From: Sulfurospirillaceae bacterium
Lineage (GTDB): Bacteria; Campylobacterota; Campylobacteria; Campylobacterales; Sulfurospirillaceae
Length of the DNA: 64,000 nt
Direction of reading: 5' to 3'
Assembly: GCA_033723415.1 (NCBI GenBank)
Contig: JAWVXD010000001.1
Coordinates: 96,001-160,000, forward strand
A model generated the notes under the pieces. It had not been told where the DNA came from, searched no databases, and worked only from the letters and a program-made list of their open reading frames with translations. How positions within the stretch are numbered: position 1 is the first letter of the stretch; each line of letters starts with the position of its first letter. The position numbers and the translations under genes are program-made. Positions 41,973 through 52,834 of the stretch are shown here, piece after piece.

Positions 41973-43304
41973 ATGAATCAAAAAACTCTCAAGATTATCT
42001 TTTTAAGTTATTTTGTTTTGATCTTAACAGGCGCAATTGTTCTTATGCTGCCTTTTACCCACGTAGGTCATTTGAAATTTATTGATGCTATATTTACATC
42101 TACTTCTGCGGTTTGCGTAACCGGTCTTATAGTGAAAAGTACGTCAGAATATTTTAATTTTTTTGGTCAATTTGTTATTTTAGTACTTATACAGATCGGT
42201 GGAGTAGGATATATGAGTTTAGTTACTCTTTTCTTTCTGTTTACAAAAAAGAATCTCAACATTCATGAAAAAAATATTGCAAAAGATTCTTTAAATTACT
42301 CGAGCAATTCTGAGATACAAAGTTTTATCAAAAAAGTTTTTTTATTTACATTTACTATAGAGGCAATAGGAATTTTCCTTTTAACTTTACATTTTAGTGC
42401 AAGAACACCATTTCTAAAAGCATTTTGGGAAGCCGTATTTCACACTGTTTCCGCATTTAACAATGCCGGATTTTCTCTCTTTACTGATAGCTTTATCGGG
42501 TATAATAATGATTTTTCTGTCATCATGATAATCTCATTGTTGGTTATACTTGGCGGTATTGGCTACTGGGTATTGGTAGAATTACATACAAAAGCAGTTT
42601 CAAAACGTTATATCTTGTCTGTTCATACAAAGATCACTTTGGTCGGAACGGCTTTTTTACTTATCTCAGGAACAATTTTGTTCTTGGCTATTGAGTGGGA
42701 CAATGCCCCTGTATTTGGACATATGTCCTTATGGCAGCGCGTTTTAAATAGTTTTTTCCTCTCGGTAAATTTTAGAACAGCCGGATTTAACAGTTTGGAT
42801 CTTTCTACTCTTAGTGAGCCTTCACTTTTTTGCTCTACCATATATATGATGATAGGTGGAGGTGCAGGAAGTACGGCCGGCGGTATTAAGATCACTACTG
42901 TTGCAGTACTTATGATATCAACTATTCACACAATCAAACTGAGCAATCAAAAACCGAATCTTTTTAAGAGAACGATTTCATCAGAAGTTATCCAAAGAGC
43001 TTCAGCTATCATAATTGTTGCATCATCAATCGTAATGAGCGCTACTATCATCTTAACAGAGACACAGCATACAGGATTTATGAAAACTCTATTTGAAGCA
43101 ATCTCGGCATTTTGTACCGTAGGAGTATCTGTAGGAGACGGTCACATTCTAAGCTTTTCAAGCGAATTTGACTCATTAGGTAAAGCTTTGATCATTTTAT
43201 TGATGTTAATAGGAAGAATAGGCATATTTGCATTTGGATTTTTAATAATGGGAAAAGAAAAAATAAAACATATACAATACCCTGAAGGAAGGATTTTACT
43301 ATGA
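41973..43304 (+). CDS. ktrB: Ktr/Trk K+ uptake membrane subunit
   Basis: Four pore loops: SAVCVTGL, SAFNNAGF, RTAGF, SAFCTVG; also GGIKITT. Confidence 0.88.
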   Translation: MNQKTLKIIFLSYFVLILTGAIVLMLPFTHVGHLKFIDAIFTSTSAVCVTGLIVKSTSEYFNFFGQFVILVLIQIGGVGYMSLVTLFFLFTKKNLNIHEKNIAKDSLNYSSNSEIQSFIKKVFLFTFTIEAIGIFLLTLHFSARTPFLKAFWEAVFHTVSAFNNAGFSLFTDSFIGYNNDFSVIMIISLLVILGGIGYWVLVELHTKAVSKRYILSVHTKITLVGTAFLLISGTILFLAIEWDNAPVFGHMSLWQRVLNSFFLSVNFRTAGFNSLDLSTLSEPSLFCSTIYMMIGGGAGSTAGGIKITTVAVLMISTIHTIKLSNQKPNLFKRTISSEVIQRASAIIIVASSIVMSATIILTETQHTGFMKTLFEAISAFCTVGVSVGDGHILSFSSEFDSLGKALIILLMLIGRIGIFAFGFLIMGKEKIKHIQYPEGRILL

Positions 43305-43963
43305 AAACATACGCCGTTATAGGGCTTGGAAAGTTTGGATATCATATTGCCAAGGGACTGGCAGAGCAGGGGGCAGATGTGATCGCGATTGACAATGATG
43401 AACATAAGATACAAGAGATCAGTGAATATATAGAAGATGCTATTATATTAGACAGTACGGATATAAAAGCTTTGGAAGAAGCGGGTGTTGTTGGGCTAGA
43501 CACGGTAATCATAAGTATCGGTGAAAATATAGAAGCCAGTATACTAACCCTTATGGCTTTGAAAGAATTAAATAATAAAAATATAATAACAAAAGCCATA
43601 ACTCATACACATGGAGAGATACTTTCCCGCCTGGGTGCTTTTAAGGTGATCTATCCTGAGCGCGAATCTGCTAAAAAGCTTGTAGAAAATCTTGTCGGGG
43701 ATGTTATTATCGATCAGGTTGATTTTAGTAGTACGAACAAAATAGCAAAATTTTTGGTTACCAAAACTTTTATAGGCAAAACTGTTAAAGAAGTTGAGGT
43801 CATGTTCGAAAATGAAATCCATCTTATAGCTTGTAAAACCAGAGATATCTGGTCATTTGACATAGATAAAAGTTATAAGATAAGAGAACACGACACACTT
43901 GCCTTTATCGGTAAAAATGCCTTTATCGGAAAACTTAGAAATCTAACCAGGGAAGAAGAATAA
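43301..43963 (+). CDS. ktrA: Ktr/Trk K+ uptake RCK subunit
   Basis: VIGLGKFG, AID, IYPE. Confidence 0.88.
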   Translation: MKTYAVIGLGKFGYHIAKGLAEQGADVIAIDNDEHKIQEISEYIEDAIILDSTDIKALEEAGVVGLDTVIISIGENIEASILTLMALKELNNKNIITKAITHTHGEILSRLGAFKVIYPERESAKKLVENLVGDVIIDQVDFSSTNKIAKFLVTKTFIGKTVKEVEVMFENEIHLIACKTRDIWSFDIDKSYKIREHDTLAFIGKNAFIGKLRNLTREEE

Positions 43964-44054
43964 TTTTCATTTATATATATTTTCACTAAGCTATTTTTCT
44001 TTTGTTTAAACTACTTTTTGTATAATACTAGATATATCAAAATAAAGAGATTTT

Positions 44055-45101
44055 ATGAGTAGAATGACAAATAAAGAAGCTTTGGATTTAATTCAAAATT
44101 ATGATTTAAACGAACTAGGTCGCTTGGCGACACTTAGAAAAAAAGAGTTGCATCCTGATAAAGTCACTTCTTTTATAGTAGATCGAAATATAAATTATAC
44201 AAATGTTTGCTGGGTTGATTGTAAGTTTTGTGCATTTTATAGACATGCAAAAGAAGAAGATGCTTATGTGTTGAGTTTTGAAGAGATCGGCAAAAAAATA
44301 GAAGAACTCTTAGCGATAGGCGGTACGCAGATCCTCTTTCAAGGCGGCGTGCATCCAAAACTAAAAATCGAGTGGTATGAAGATTTGGTGGAGTGGATAA
44401 GTACGAATTATCCTACTATCACGATACATGGATTTTCGGCAATAGAGATAGATTATATTGCAAAAATTTCAAAAATCTCATATACTGAAGTACTTCAAAG
44501 ATTGAAAAATAAAGGACTTTTCTCTATTCCCGGTGCAGGTGCCGAGATACTAAGCGATAAAGTCAGAGACATCATCGCTCCAAAGAAACTCGATACTAAA
44601 GATTGGATCGACATACACAGACAAGCACACAAAGTAGGCATAAAATCCACGGCTACGATGATGTTCGGTACTGTAGAAAGTGATGAAGACATCATAGAAC
44701 ACTGGGAGCATATCAGAAATCTTCAAGATGAAACAGGCGGTTTTAGAGCCTTTATCATGTGGAGTTTTCAATCTGACAATACTAAACTCAAAGAAGAGAT
44801 CCCGACAATTCAGAAACAATCATCCAACAGATATCTGAGACTTCTGGCAGTGAGTAGATTGTATCTGGATAATTTCCCAAATATTCAAAGTTCATGGGTG
44901 ACTCAGGGGAGCTATGTAGGGCAATTGGCACTGATGTTTGGTGCAAATGACCTGGGTAGTACCATGATGGAAGAAAATGTAGTCGCAGCAGCCGGAGCGA
45001 AGAATAGAATGAATCAAGAAGAGATGATACGACTCATCCGAGATGTCGATGAAATCCCTGCTAAAAGAGATACGGCGTATAATATCCTAGAGAGGTTCTA
45101 A
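44055..45101 (+). CDS. mqnC: Dehypoxanthine futalosine cyclase (radical SAM)
   Basis: DRNINYTNVCWVDCKFCAF, IPGAGAEIL, NIQSSWVTQG, GANDLGSTMMEENVV. Confidence 0.9.
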   Translation: MSRMTNKEALDLIQNYDLNELGRLATLRKKELHPDKVTSFIVDRNINYTNVCWVDCKFCAFYRHAKEEDAYVLSFEEIGKKIEELLAIGGTQILFQGGVHPKLKIEWYEDLVEWISTNYPTITIHGFSAIEIDYIAKISKISYTEVLQRLKNKGLFSIPGAGAEILSDKVRDIIAPKKLDTKDWIDIHRQAHKVGIKSTATMMFGTVESDEDIIEHWEHIRNLQDETGGFRAFIMWSFQSDNTKLKEEIPTIQKQSSNRYLRLLAVSRLYLDNFPNIQSSWVTQGSYVGQLALMFGANDLGSTMMEENVVAAAGAKNRMNQEEMIRLIRDVDEIPAKRDTAYNILERF

Positions 45102-45105
45102 TAAC

Positions 45106-46389
45106 GTGAAATATATATTAATTTTGTTTTTATTTTTGCAAGGAGTATTGATGAGTCAGAGTTTAGACAGCATAGAGGTAAAAGGTGTTAAAATACCAAT
45201 AATTTTTGAAAAAGACAACCATTTGCCTATAGTGTCAATGCAGATAGTTTTAAGATGTGCAGGAAGTATAGAAGATAATGGTCATAGCGGATTAGCCAAG
45301 TTTACTGCAAATATCTTAAATGAGGGTACAAAGAAGATGGGCTCGATAAAATTCTCAGAAGAGTTAGAGCAAAGAGCCATCAATTTAAGTGCAAATGCTG
45401 GAACAGAGACTTTTGTATTTGAAACTTCGTCTCTTAAAGAACAATTCCCTTACTCTATCACAATGTTAAAACAACTATTAGCTGATCCAAATTTTACAGA
45501 TGATAGTTTTTCCAAAGTCAAAAGTCAAACTTTGGGTATGCTTTCGTCTAAACAGAGTGATTTTGATTATCTTGCCGGTATAAATCTAAAAAAATTGATT
45601 TACAAAGATACACCGATGGCCGAACCGTTTTCAGGAACGGTAGAAAGTATAAACAAACTAAAACTCTCAGATGTGGAAAATTTTTATAATAGTCATCTGG
45701 ATTTGACAAATATGATAATAGTAGTAGGTGGAGATATAGGTATTAATGATTTTAAAAAAGAGATATTACCGCTTTTGCAAGAATTAAAAGTAGGTTCAAA
45801 AAGAGAGTTGAAATATTTTGATGCCAACGGAGATAAAAAGAAAGAGGTATTGAAAAAAGATACTGAGCAAGCATATATATACTTTGGAGCACCGTTTCAA
45901 ATGAGGAGTGGAGACAAAGATGACTACAAGGCTAAAGTAGCCAGTTTTATACTAGGTGAAAGTGGTTTTGGCAGTAGATTGATGGAAGCAGTTAGAGTTA
46001 AAAAAGGATTGGCATATTCTATATATTCAAGAAACAATATAAACAAATCTCACAGCTCATTTACAGGTTACTTGCAAACAAAAAATGAAAATTTAGAAGA
46101 AGCAACAAAGATAGTAAAAGAAGTTATAGATGAATTTGTAAAAAAAGGCGCTACAGCAGATGAGTTGGAGCAAGCAAAGAAATTTTTGTTAGGAAGCGAA
46201 CCACTAAGAAATGAGACGCTTTCACAAAGATCGTCTCGTGCCTTTTTCGAGTATTATCGAGGGTTTGAACTAGGACATTCAAAAAAAGTTTTGGAAAAGA
46301 TCGAACAATTGAAACTGAGTGATCTAAATGCATTTATTGAAAAACATAAAGAGATAACAAAGCTTAGTTTTTCTGTAGTTACGAACTAG
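45106..46389 (+). CDS. M16 family peptidase-like protein (non-catalytic subunit type)
   Basis: GLA....L.EGT in place of HxxEH; GFGSRL...VR.KKGLAYS. Confidence 0.82.
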   Translation: MKYILILFLFLQGVLMSQSLDSIEVKGVKIPIIFEKDNHLPIVSMQIVLRCAGSIEDNGHSGLAKFTANILNEGTKKMGSIKFSEELEQRAINLSANAGTETFVFETSSLKEQFPYSITMLKQLLADPNFTDDSFSKVKSQTLGMLSSKQSDFDYLAGINLKKLIYKDTPMAEPFSGTVESINKLKLSDVENFYNSHLDLTNMIIVVGGDIGINDFKKEILPLLQELKVGSKRELKYFDANGDKKKEVLKKDTEQAYIYFGAPFQMRSGDKDDYKAKVASFILGESGFGSRLMEAVRVKKGLAYSIYSRNNINKSHSSFTGYLQTKNENLEEATKIVKEVIDEFVKKGATADELEQAKKFLLGSEPLRNETLSQRSSRAFFEYYRGFELGHSKKVLEKIEQLKLSDLNAFIEKHKEITKLSFSVVTN

Positions 46390-46487
46390 ATCTTTTTTCA
46401 TGGCTCTAGCAGCTATAAACATCTCTTGTATCTAAACACTTTATTATTTGTGCAAAATGATACATGGTGCATAAGGGCAGTTATAAA

Positions 46488-48302
46488 GTGAATATAGAAG
46501 AAGATAAAGAAAAATTCAACAAATTAGGGATAAATAGCCTTTTAGAATTGGCTCTTCTTATCCCTAAATCCTATGACAATAGCTTTATAAACAAAACTCC
46601 GATACTAAATCAACAAAATTGTATAGAAGTAGAAGTTTTAAGATCAGTTAAGACACAAAAGTCTCTAAGTATTGATTTTTTTTGTAAAACTTGGAATGAA
46701 AAGATCAAAGGCGTAGTATTTCGACCAAGTTACTATCATGTTAAACTTTTTAAGCCTGGAGATACTTTGTATGTTAGAGGTAAGATCATATGGAATATGG
46801 GCAAACTTCAAATTCATCAACCTCAAGTTTTAAAAGATATTGATAAAGTCGTACCTAAGTATAAAACTGCGCTACAGAATGCTGTTATGAAAAGTTTAAT
46901 TCAAAAATATATAACAAAAGAATCTCTTATTGCAAACGGATTAGATGAAAAAAGTGCATACAATATATGGTTATTGCATAATCCAAATCTACATTTTTTG
47001 TCTGATTTTGAGAAAAACGGATATACTAATGAGATCCTTGAAGCGTTAAAATTTACAGAAATATACTCATATTTGAAATCACTCAGCGGTAAAAGCATCA
47101 AATACAAGGCAAAAAGTACTTTGGATTCTAGCGAGCTTGATTTTATCAAATCACTTCCATTCTCTTTAACCAATGACCAAATAAAATGTATTGATGAAAT
47201 AAAAAGAGATTTTTTAAGCGATGTAGCAGCTAAACGACTTATTATGGGTGATGTCGGATGCGGTAAAACTATAGTGATGCTAAGTGCAGTCATGATGGCT
47301 TATCCCAAAAGAACCGTTTTGATGGTTCCTACGACTGTTCTGGCAAATCAAATATATGATGAAGCTGTTAAATTCTTGCCAAGTCATGTAAATGTAGCAA
47401 AAGTTGTACAAAACAGTGACAAAGAAGATGATTTAAGTGATTATGATTTTTTGATAGGTACTCATGCACTTCTTTTCAAAGACTTACCTGAGACTCACTT
47501 GATCATGGTAGATGAACAACATCGCTTCGGCACTAATCAAAGAGCAAAGATATCAAACCTTGTGAAAGATGGCACTAAAAGAGCTCATTTTTTACAGTTT
47601 TCCGCAACTCCAATCCCTAGAACTCTCAGTATGATGCATTCTTCATTAGTCGATTTCTCATATATAAAAGAATTACCGTTTAAAAAAGACATAGATACTG
47701 AAATAATAAGAAAAAAAGAATTTCCTAAATTGATAGAACATCTGAAAAGAGAGATTAAAAAAGATCATCAAGCTATCATTGTTTATCCTTTGGTAGAAGA
47801 GAGTGAGGTTATTGATTATCAGTCAATAGAAGAAGGAAGAGGGTATTGGGAAAAAAATTTTGATAAAGTTTTTGTTACTTTTGGTAAAGATAAGTCAAAA
47901 GAAGAGATATTGGAAAATTTTAGAAATGAAGGTAGTATCTTGGTTTCTACAACAGTCATAGAAGTAGGCATATCTCTTCCAAGGCTTACCACGATCATCA
48001 TAGTCGCACCTGAAAGACTTGGATTGGCAAGTTTACATCAACTAAGAGGAAGAGTCAGCAGAAACGGGCTTAAAGGGTATTGTTATTTGTATACAAATCT
48101 TGCAAATAGTGATAGATTGGAAAAATTTTCAAAGACAACAGATGGTTTTGAGATAGCTGAGCTTGATTTAGAATATAGAGCTGGCGGTGATATGTTAAAA
48201 GGTGTTTTTCAAAGCGGCAAAAGTTTTGTTTGGTTCGATATGGCAAAAGATGAAAAAATCTTAAAAAAAGCTAAAGTATCGTTTGAGTATAATTGTGGCT
48301 AA
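46488..48302 (+). CDS. recG: ATP-dependent DNA helicase RecG
   Basis: GDVGCGKT, DEQHRFG, SATPIPRTL, QLRGRV, DGFEIAELDL; GTG start inferred. Confidence 0.95.
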   Translation: MNIEEDKEKFNKLGINSLLELALLIPKSYDNSFINKTPILNQQNCIEVEVLRSVKTQKSLSIDFFCKTWNEKIKGVVFRPSYYHVKLFKPGDTLYVRGKIIWNMGKLQIHQPQVLKDIDKVVPKYKTALQNAVMKSLIQKYITKESLIANGLDEKSAYNIWLLHNPNLHFLSDFEKNGYTNEILEALKFTEIYSYLKSLSGKSIKYKAKSTLDSSELDFIKSLPFSLTNDQIKCIDEIKRDFLSDVAAKRLIMGDVGCGKTIVMLSAVMMAYPKRTVLMVPTTVLANQIYDEAVKFLPSHVNVAKVVQNSDKEDDLSDYDFLIGTHALLFKDLPETHLIMVDEQHRFGTNQRAKISNLVKDGTKRAHFLQFSATPIPRTLSMMHSSLVDFSYIKELPFKKDIDTEIIRKKEFPKLIEHLKREIKKDHQAIIVYPLVEESEVIDYQSIEEGRGYWEKNFDKVFVTFGKDKSKEEILENFRNEGSILVSTTVIEVGISLPRLTTIIIVAPERLGLASLHQLRGRVSRNGLKGYCYLYTNLANSDRLEKFSKTTDGFEIAELDLEYRAGGDMLKGVFQSGKSFVWFDMAKDEKILKKAKVSFEYNCG

Positions 48303-48325
48303 TTTGTCAAAAATTGGAGAGTTTT

Positions 48326-48835
48326 ATGCGAAGACCCGAGCCAAATTCCAACAGATATGATCTTCAGCCGAACGATTTTATAGTTTCCAAGACGGATTTA
48401 AAAGGCAATATTACATATTGCAATCAAATCTTCATTCAAATATCTAAATATAGTGAGACTGAGCTTATAGGTGCTCCTCATAATCTCATTCGACACCCTG
48501 ATATGCCTCGTGTCGTATTTAAACTTTTATGGGATAGAATTAAAAATAAACAAGAGATTTTCGCATTTGTCAAAAATTTATCAAAAGACGGTGGGTATTA
48601 TTGGGTATTTGCAAATGTTACTGCATCGCTAGATTCTAGCGGCAATGTTATAGGTTATTATTCTGTACGTAGAAAACCAAGTGAAGAAGGTATAAAAGTT
48701 TTATCAGAATTGTATGCCAAGCTTATTGAATTAGAAAAAAGCGGTGGAATGGACGCTTCAGAAAAATATTTATTTGATTTACTAGATGAAAAAGGTGTAG
48801 GCTATGACGAGCTCATAGTCTCTCTTCAGGGGTAG
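48326..48835 (+). CDS. Stand-alone Aer/CetB-like PAS sensor
   Basis: [42 protein letters not shown]. Confidence 0.88.
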   Translation: MRRPEPNSNRYDLQPNDFIVSKTDLKGNITYCNQIFIQISKYSETELIGAPHNLIRHPDMPRVVFKLLWDRIKNKQEIFAFVKNLSKDGGYYWVFANVTASLDSSGNVIGYYSVRRKPSEEGIKVLSELYAKLIELEKSGGMDASEKYLFDLLDEKGVGYDELIVSLQG

Positions 48836-48840
48836 CAGAG

Positions 48841-50130
48841 ATGTTTAATTCAAAAAAAGAGACAAAAAGTTATTTATTGGAAAAGATAAATAAGGTTGTA
48901 ATAAATGCTGCAGAAGGGCATTTTGAAGATAGAATCATAAATATTGATCTAAATGATCCATTGGCAGAAACTGCCTGGAGTATTAACAATCTTCTTGATC
49001 AGCTTGAAGCTTACATGCGAGATGCAAATACTGCTGTCGATCTTGCAAGTCAAGGTTATGGATATAGGAAGATGTATCCATCAGGTCTAAAAGGTCTTTT
49101 TGGTGCTTCAAGTAAAAATATTTCAAAAGGTGTCGAGGGTATTTTGATTGCAGGCAAGGAAAGAGTAAGAGCAAACTTAAGCTTGGAATTTGGTAATCTA
49201 AATGGTGGAATGGCTGCTTCTTTGAGAATTTTACAATCAGATATGTCAGAAGTCATACAAGTAGTCTCAAAGATAAGACAACTTTCTGAAGATACGGCAG
49301 TAAAATCAAATGACAGTCTAATTATCACAAATGAAGTATCAGAAAAACTAAATATTTTGATTGATTTAATAGTTGACATATCGGAAGCTATAAGCTCTCT
49401 AGGTGTAAGATCAGAAGAAATTTCATCTGTTGTAAGTTTGATCAAAGACATAGCAGATCAAACAAATCTGTTGGCATTAAATGCTGCAATAGAAGCAGCA
49501 CGTGCAGGAGAACACGGTAGAGGTTTTGCAGTAGTGGCAGATGAAGTGCGAAAGCTTGCCGAGCGAACAGCTAAAGCGACTTCTGAAATATCTATAACTA
49601 TACAAACACTACAGCAAGAAACCCAAAACATACAAAGCAATGCCAAAGAGATAAATGATATAGCTATCAATTCCGGTCAGGCTATCAGCGGTTTTAAAGA
49701 GACGCTATATAGATTTAACGAAGATGCAAATGAAACATCAAAGGCTTCAAAATATACTGAAGATAAAAGTTCTTCAACCTCGGTAAAGATCGATCATATA
49801 ATTTATAAAACAAAAACATATGCTTCAATATTAAAAGAAAAAATAGATGATGAAATTAGTGATGATGAAGAACATTGCAGATTTGGACAGTGGTATCAAG
49901 GAGCCGGAAAAGAATTGTTTGGCTACACCGAAGCTTATAAATCAGTAAATGATCCACACCACAAAATACATGACAATGTCAAATTGAATATAGATGAACT
50001 GCGTAAAAACGGCTTAACAAATAAAAATGCAAGTTTTTTCTTGAAAAATTTTACAAATATGGAAGAAGCTAGCAAGAAAGTATTTAAATGTCTAGATGAC
50101 ATGGTGCAAGAGAAGTTTAGGAGAGCATAA
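48841..50130 (+). CDS. Soluble methyl-accepting chemotaxis protein with C-terminal CZB domain
   Basis: [37 protein letters not shown] ligands [12 protein letters not shown]; no TM segment. Confidence 0.9.
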   Translation: MFNSKKETKSYLLEKINKVVINAAEGHFEDRIINIDLNDPLAETAWSINNLLDQLEAYMRDANTAVDLASQGYGYRKMYPSGLKGLFGASSKNISKGVEGILIAGKERVRANLSLEFGNLNGGMAASLRILQSDMSEVIQVVSKIRQLSEDTAVKSNDSLIITNEVSEKLNILIDLIVDISEAISSLGVRSEEISSVVSLIKDIADQTNLLALNAAIEAARAGEHGRGFAVVADEVRKLAERTAKATSEISITIQTLQQETQNIQSNAKEINDIAINSGQAISGFKETLYRFNEDANETSKASKYTEDKSSSTSVKIDHIIYKTKTYASILKEKIDDEISDDEEHCRFGQWYQGAGKELFGYTEAYKSVNDPHHKIHDNVKLNIDELRKNGLTNKNASFFLKNFTNMEEASKKVFKCLDDMVQEKFRRA

Positions 50131-50140
50131 AAGCTCTCCT
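50119..50140. terminator. Hairpin between convergent MCP and hpf genes
   Basis: AGGAGAGC-ATAAAA-GCTCTCCT. Confidence 0.6.
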
Positions 50141-50146
50141 CATTTG

Positions 50147-50662
50147 TTAATAAAGGCCAAATTTAGCATCAGATCTTTTGTATAGAACTCTAACCTTTTC
50201 TTCTTTATCATGAAAGATCATAAATTGCTGACCATTTTCTTTAAGCTCCATAAGCGCATCATCTACGTCAAGCGGCTTATAGCTTTCCAATCTCATAGGC
50301 ACAATCTCATCTTCAGCATACTCAAGTTCGTCAGTTGACATATCAGGAGATTCTTTTTGTTTAAAGCTTGTTACCTTGTCATGATGTCTTCTCAAAACTT
50401 TTTGAGCACGCTCTATCGCTAAATCTATAGCAGCATAAACGTCTTTGTCTTTTTGCTTGATTACTACAGTGTTCATATGAGCCAGATTTATAGCGAATTC
50501 TACGCTAAAGCCTTTTTTACCGTTTTTTTCATCAGCTGATAGTATACATTTTGTGGAAATGATGTCTAAATTATACTTCTTCAATGTGTCTACGGCACTT
50601 TGAATGTGCTCCTTGATTGGCTCTGTAAGTTCTAATTGTTTTCCTACTATACTTAAATTCAT
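50147..50662 (-). CDS. hpf: Ribosome hibernation promoting factor (long HPF)
   Basis: I.GKQLELT, DVYAAIDLA...LRRHH and C-terminal VLYKR.D..FGLY. Confidence 0.9.
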   Translation of the reverse strand: MNLSIVGKQLELTEPIKEHIQSAVDTLKKYNLDIISTKCILSADEKNGKKGFSVEFAINLAHMNTVVIKQKDKDVYAAIDLAIERAQKVLRRHHDKVTSFKQKESPDMSTDELEYAEDEIVPMRLESYKPLDVDDALMELKENGQQFMIFHDKEEKVRVLYKRSDAKFGLY

Positions 50663-50728
50663 AACTTCTCCTTAATACCCTAAGAATAGGGCTTTTTTGA
50701 GTAAAACTTACCCACCAAAATTATAACA

Positions 50729-50750
50729 AAACTCAGCTTAAGCTGAGTTT
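50729..50750 (-). terminator. Terminator-like palindrome after the pilin operon
   Basis: Perfect palindrome AAACTCAGCTTAAGCTGAGTTT, T-rich downstream on the - strand. Confidence 0.55.
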
Positions 50751-50793
50751 CTGTGAGAAGGAAGCTTTAGTATGCATGGCAGGGAAATGCAAA

Positions 50794-51234
50794 TTATGGT
50801 TTTTGTATAGTTCTTCTGTGAATTCTTATTTGTTCGGTTGAAATTGTAGGGTTTGTTGTAACTGTAGTATCTATAATAACGGTTCTATTAGAATCTGGAG
50901 TAGATATAGTATTGTTCAATATATCATTGCAGCTGATCGGAAGACCATTGCCTATGTACATTATAGACATATTTATGTCATGTGTATAGTTTACCGTGCT
51001 AGGATATTTTATATCTATTGAATTTAGACAACCGGAAGTATTAAAATCATGCCCGCTAAGTGCTAGTAATGCAAACTCTGTACCACTTTTTGCTAGCAAT
51101 TCGGCTTCAATTTTCAAGTAGTCATCAGTAGTTTGTTTTGCAGATTGAGTCGAAAGAGAAAGTGCTAATGTAGCTAATGTTGCAACAACAAATAAAAATA
51201 TAATTGCAGTTATAAGAGAAAATCCTTTACGCAT
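50794..51234 (-). CDS. Minor pilin/pseudopilin lacking Glu+5 (PilX/GspK/MshP-type)
   Basis: MRKG|FSLITAII followed by a hydrophobic helix, A...A.SG.E.A and a Cys pair. Confidence 0.75.
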   Translation of the reverse strand: MRKGFSLITAIIFLFVVATLATLALSLSTQSAKQTTDDYLKIEAELLAKSGTEFALLALSGHDFNTSGCLNSIDIKYPSTVNYTHDINMSIMYIGNGLPISCNDILNNTISTPDSNRTVIIDTTVTTNPTISTEQIRIHRRTIQKP

Positions 51235-52169
51235 TAGTAAACCACCTTCTCTTTACAAAAGGCAAAGTTATCGCTTCCACTTCTAAAGGCATCATTTATA
51301 CACAATTTTAAACGAATTGTATCTCCGATCTTTGTAAATTTAAATGTACTTACATGTTCAGCTAAAAGAGAAACAGATGTATTTACATCATTATAACTTT
51401 CATTTTCCCAAGGCTGATAATTGTAATGAAGAGTCAGATTGAAGTCATTTGTATTAGTTCCTTCAGGAACGATTGAGTATGCGCTCCAAGCTAAATGATA
51501 CTGTTCAAAGATTTCATTTAGACCTTTTGCAGAAACATTTTCATCGAAATTTAACACATCATTTACACCTGGAGTATAAGAAACTTTAAATGTATAATTT
51601 CCATCAACTCCGCTCCATCCGTATTGTGTAACATCAAAATTTGATAGTCCGCTGAATATGATAGCAGGTCTGTTTGGAGTTGTTCCATCTAAACTTACTC
51701 TATTGTCTGATAACGCTTTTATGATAGAGTTTGTTGTATTTAGCTCACTACCTGATGTTTTTATCTTCCCGTAAGTACCCAAGTTTTTATCGGTCATATT
51801 ACTGTCTAAATCGATAAATCCACTCCACCCCGGATTTTTGAGTGCCTTAAAGCTATCATTATCGTATCCGATCCACTCTAATATTTGGTATGAATCATTT
51901 GCATCTGTCAAAGGCACGTAATGTGGGGCAGGTGTAGAAGTTCCGTTAGCATCTCTTGCTATTACACTATCTTTGATCCTATATTGTAATCTTTGTGATA
52001 TTTCGTTTAAAACCAAATCAGTTTGCGTTTGAAGCCTGTTTATGGCTCTAGTCTTTATATAATTTTCATACAGTTTTGATATAATCTCTGCTCCAATACT
52101 AGCTACAATCCCTAAAATTACTATAACCATGATGAGTTCGATCATAGTAAATGCAGACTTTTTATGCAT
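51234..52169 (-). CDS. Prepilin-type N-terminal cleavage/methylation protein (MshO/PilW-like)
   Basis: KKSA|FTMIELIMVIVILGI and a C-terminal Cys pair. Confidence 0.85.
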   Translation of the reverse strand: MHKKSAFTMIELIMVIVILGIVASIGAEIISKLYENYIKTRAINRLQTQTDLVLNEISQRLQYRIKDSVIARDANGTSTPAPHYVPLTDANDSYQILEWIGYDNDSFKALKNPGWSGFIDLDSNMTDKNLGTYGKIKTSGSELNTTNSIIKALSDNRVSLDGTTPNRPAIIFSGLSNFDVTQYGWSGVDGNYTFKVSYTPGVNDVLNFDENVSAKGLNEIFEQYHLAWSAYSIVPEGTNTNDFNLTLHYNYQPWENESYNDVNTSVSLLAEHVSTFKFTKIGDTIRLKLCINDAFRSGSDNFAFCKEKVVY

Positions 52170-52834
52170 CAATAAGCCTTTCTCAAAAGTTCACTTTCTC
52201 CAATATTGCAAGAGTAAGTTCTAAGAGTAAACGGTGAAATATCAGAGCCGGTGATACTTAAAGTCAACATTTTTATATTTGTTGATCCTGTAGTAACAGG
52301 AGTTGTTCCAAAAACAAAGTTGATATTGCTTGCACTATAATTGGCACTGTCGCTTACATATACTACGCTTGTTGTCATGTTGAAATCTTTAACATGATAA
52401 TCTAGATTTGTAGTTTGTGTACTTAACGTCAAATTGGTAGGTGTAGCACTATTGAAATCATCTATATCATTCAAAGCTCCTGTGTCAGGTCCTAAGTTTG
52501 CCGGAGTAGTGGCTTGGTTAAGGGCCGAAAAAAACTTTCTCCTTTTATCACCCTTGACATGTCCAATTCTTCTTACTCCATCGCTGCTTACATTGAGCTC
52601 ATTGTCGCCATTTGTAACTAAAACTTTTATAGTTCCGTTTTGCAATGAATTTTGATCCCATCTGTATGTAAGTGTGTCTCCTATCTTTGTTCTTGCAGCA
52701 AGGATTATTTCTTGTTGCATAGAATATTGATTGTTGTTTTGTGTCTGAGAAAGTAGTAAAGGCAGAGTCATAACTGCAATTCCCATGATAACAATAGCTA
52801 CGATTAGCTCTAGCATTGAAGCAGCATGTCTCAT
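52169..52834 (-). CDS. Minor pilin with atypical +1 residue (MshD/PilV-like)
   Basis: MRHAA|SMLELIVAIVIMGI and DIDDFN. Start at ATG 52834. Confidence 0.75.
   Translation of the reverse strand: MRHAASMLELIVAIVIMGIAVMTLPLLLSQTQNNNQYSMQQEIILAARTKIGDTLTYRWDQNSLQNGTIKVLVTNGDNELNVSSDGVRRIGHVKGDKRRKFFSALNQATTPANLGPDTGALNDIDDFNSATPTNLTLSTQTTNLDYHVKDFNMTTSVVYVSDSANYSASNINFVFGTTPVTTGSTNIKMLTLSITGSDISPFTLRTYSCNIGESELLRKAY

Noticed and set aside
50751..50793. AAGCTTTAGT resembling part of the argB-leader element
   Set aside because: Only about 10 nt match and the rest does not align.
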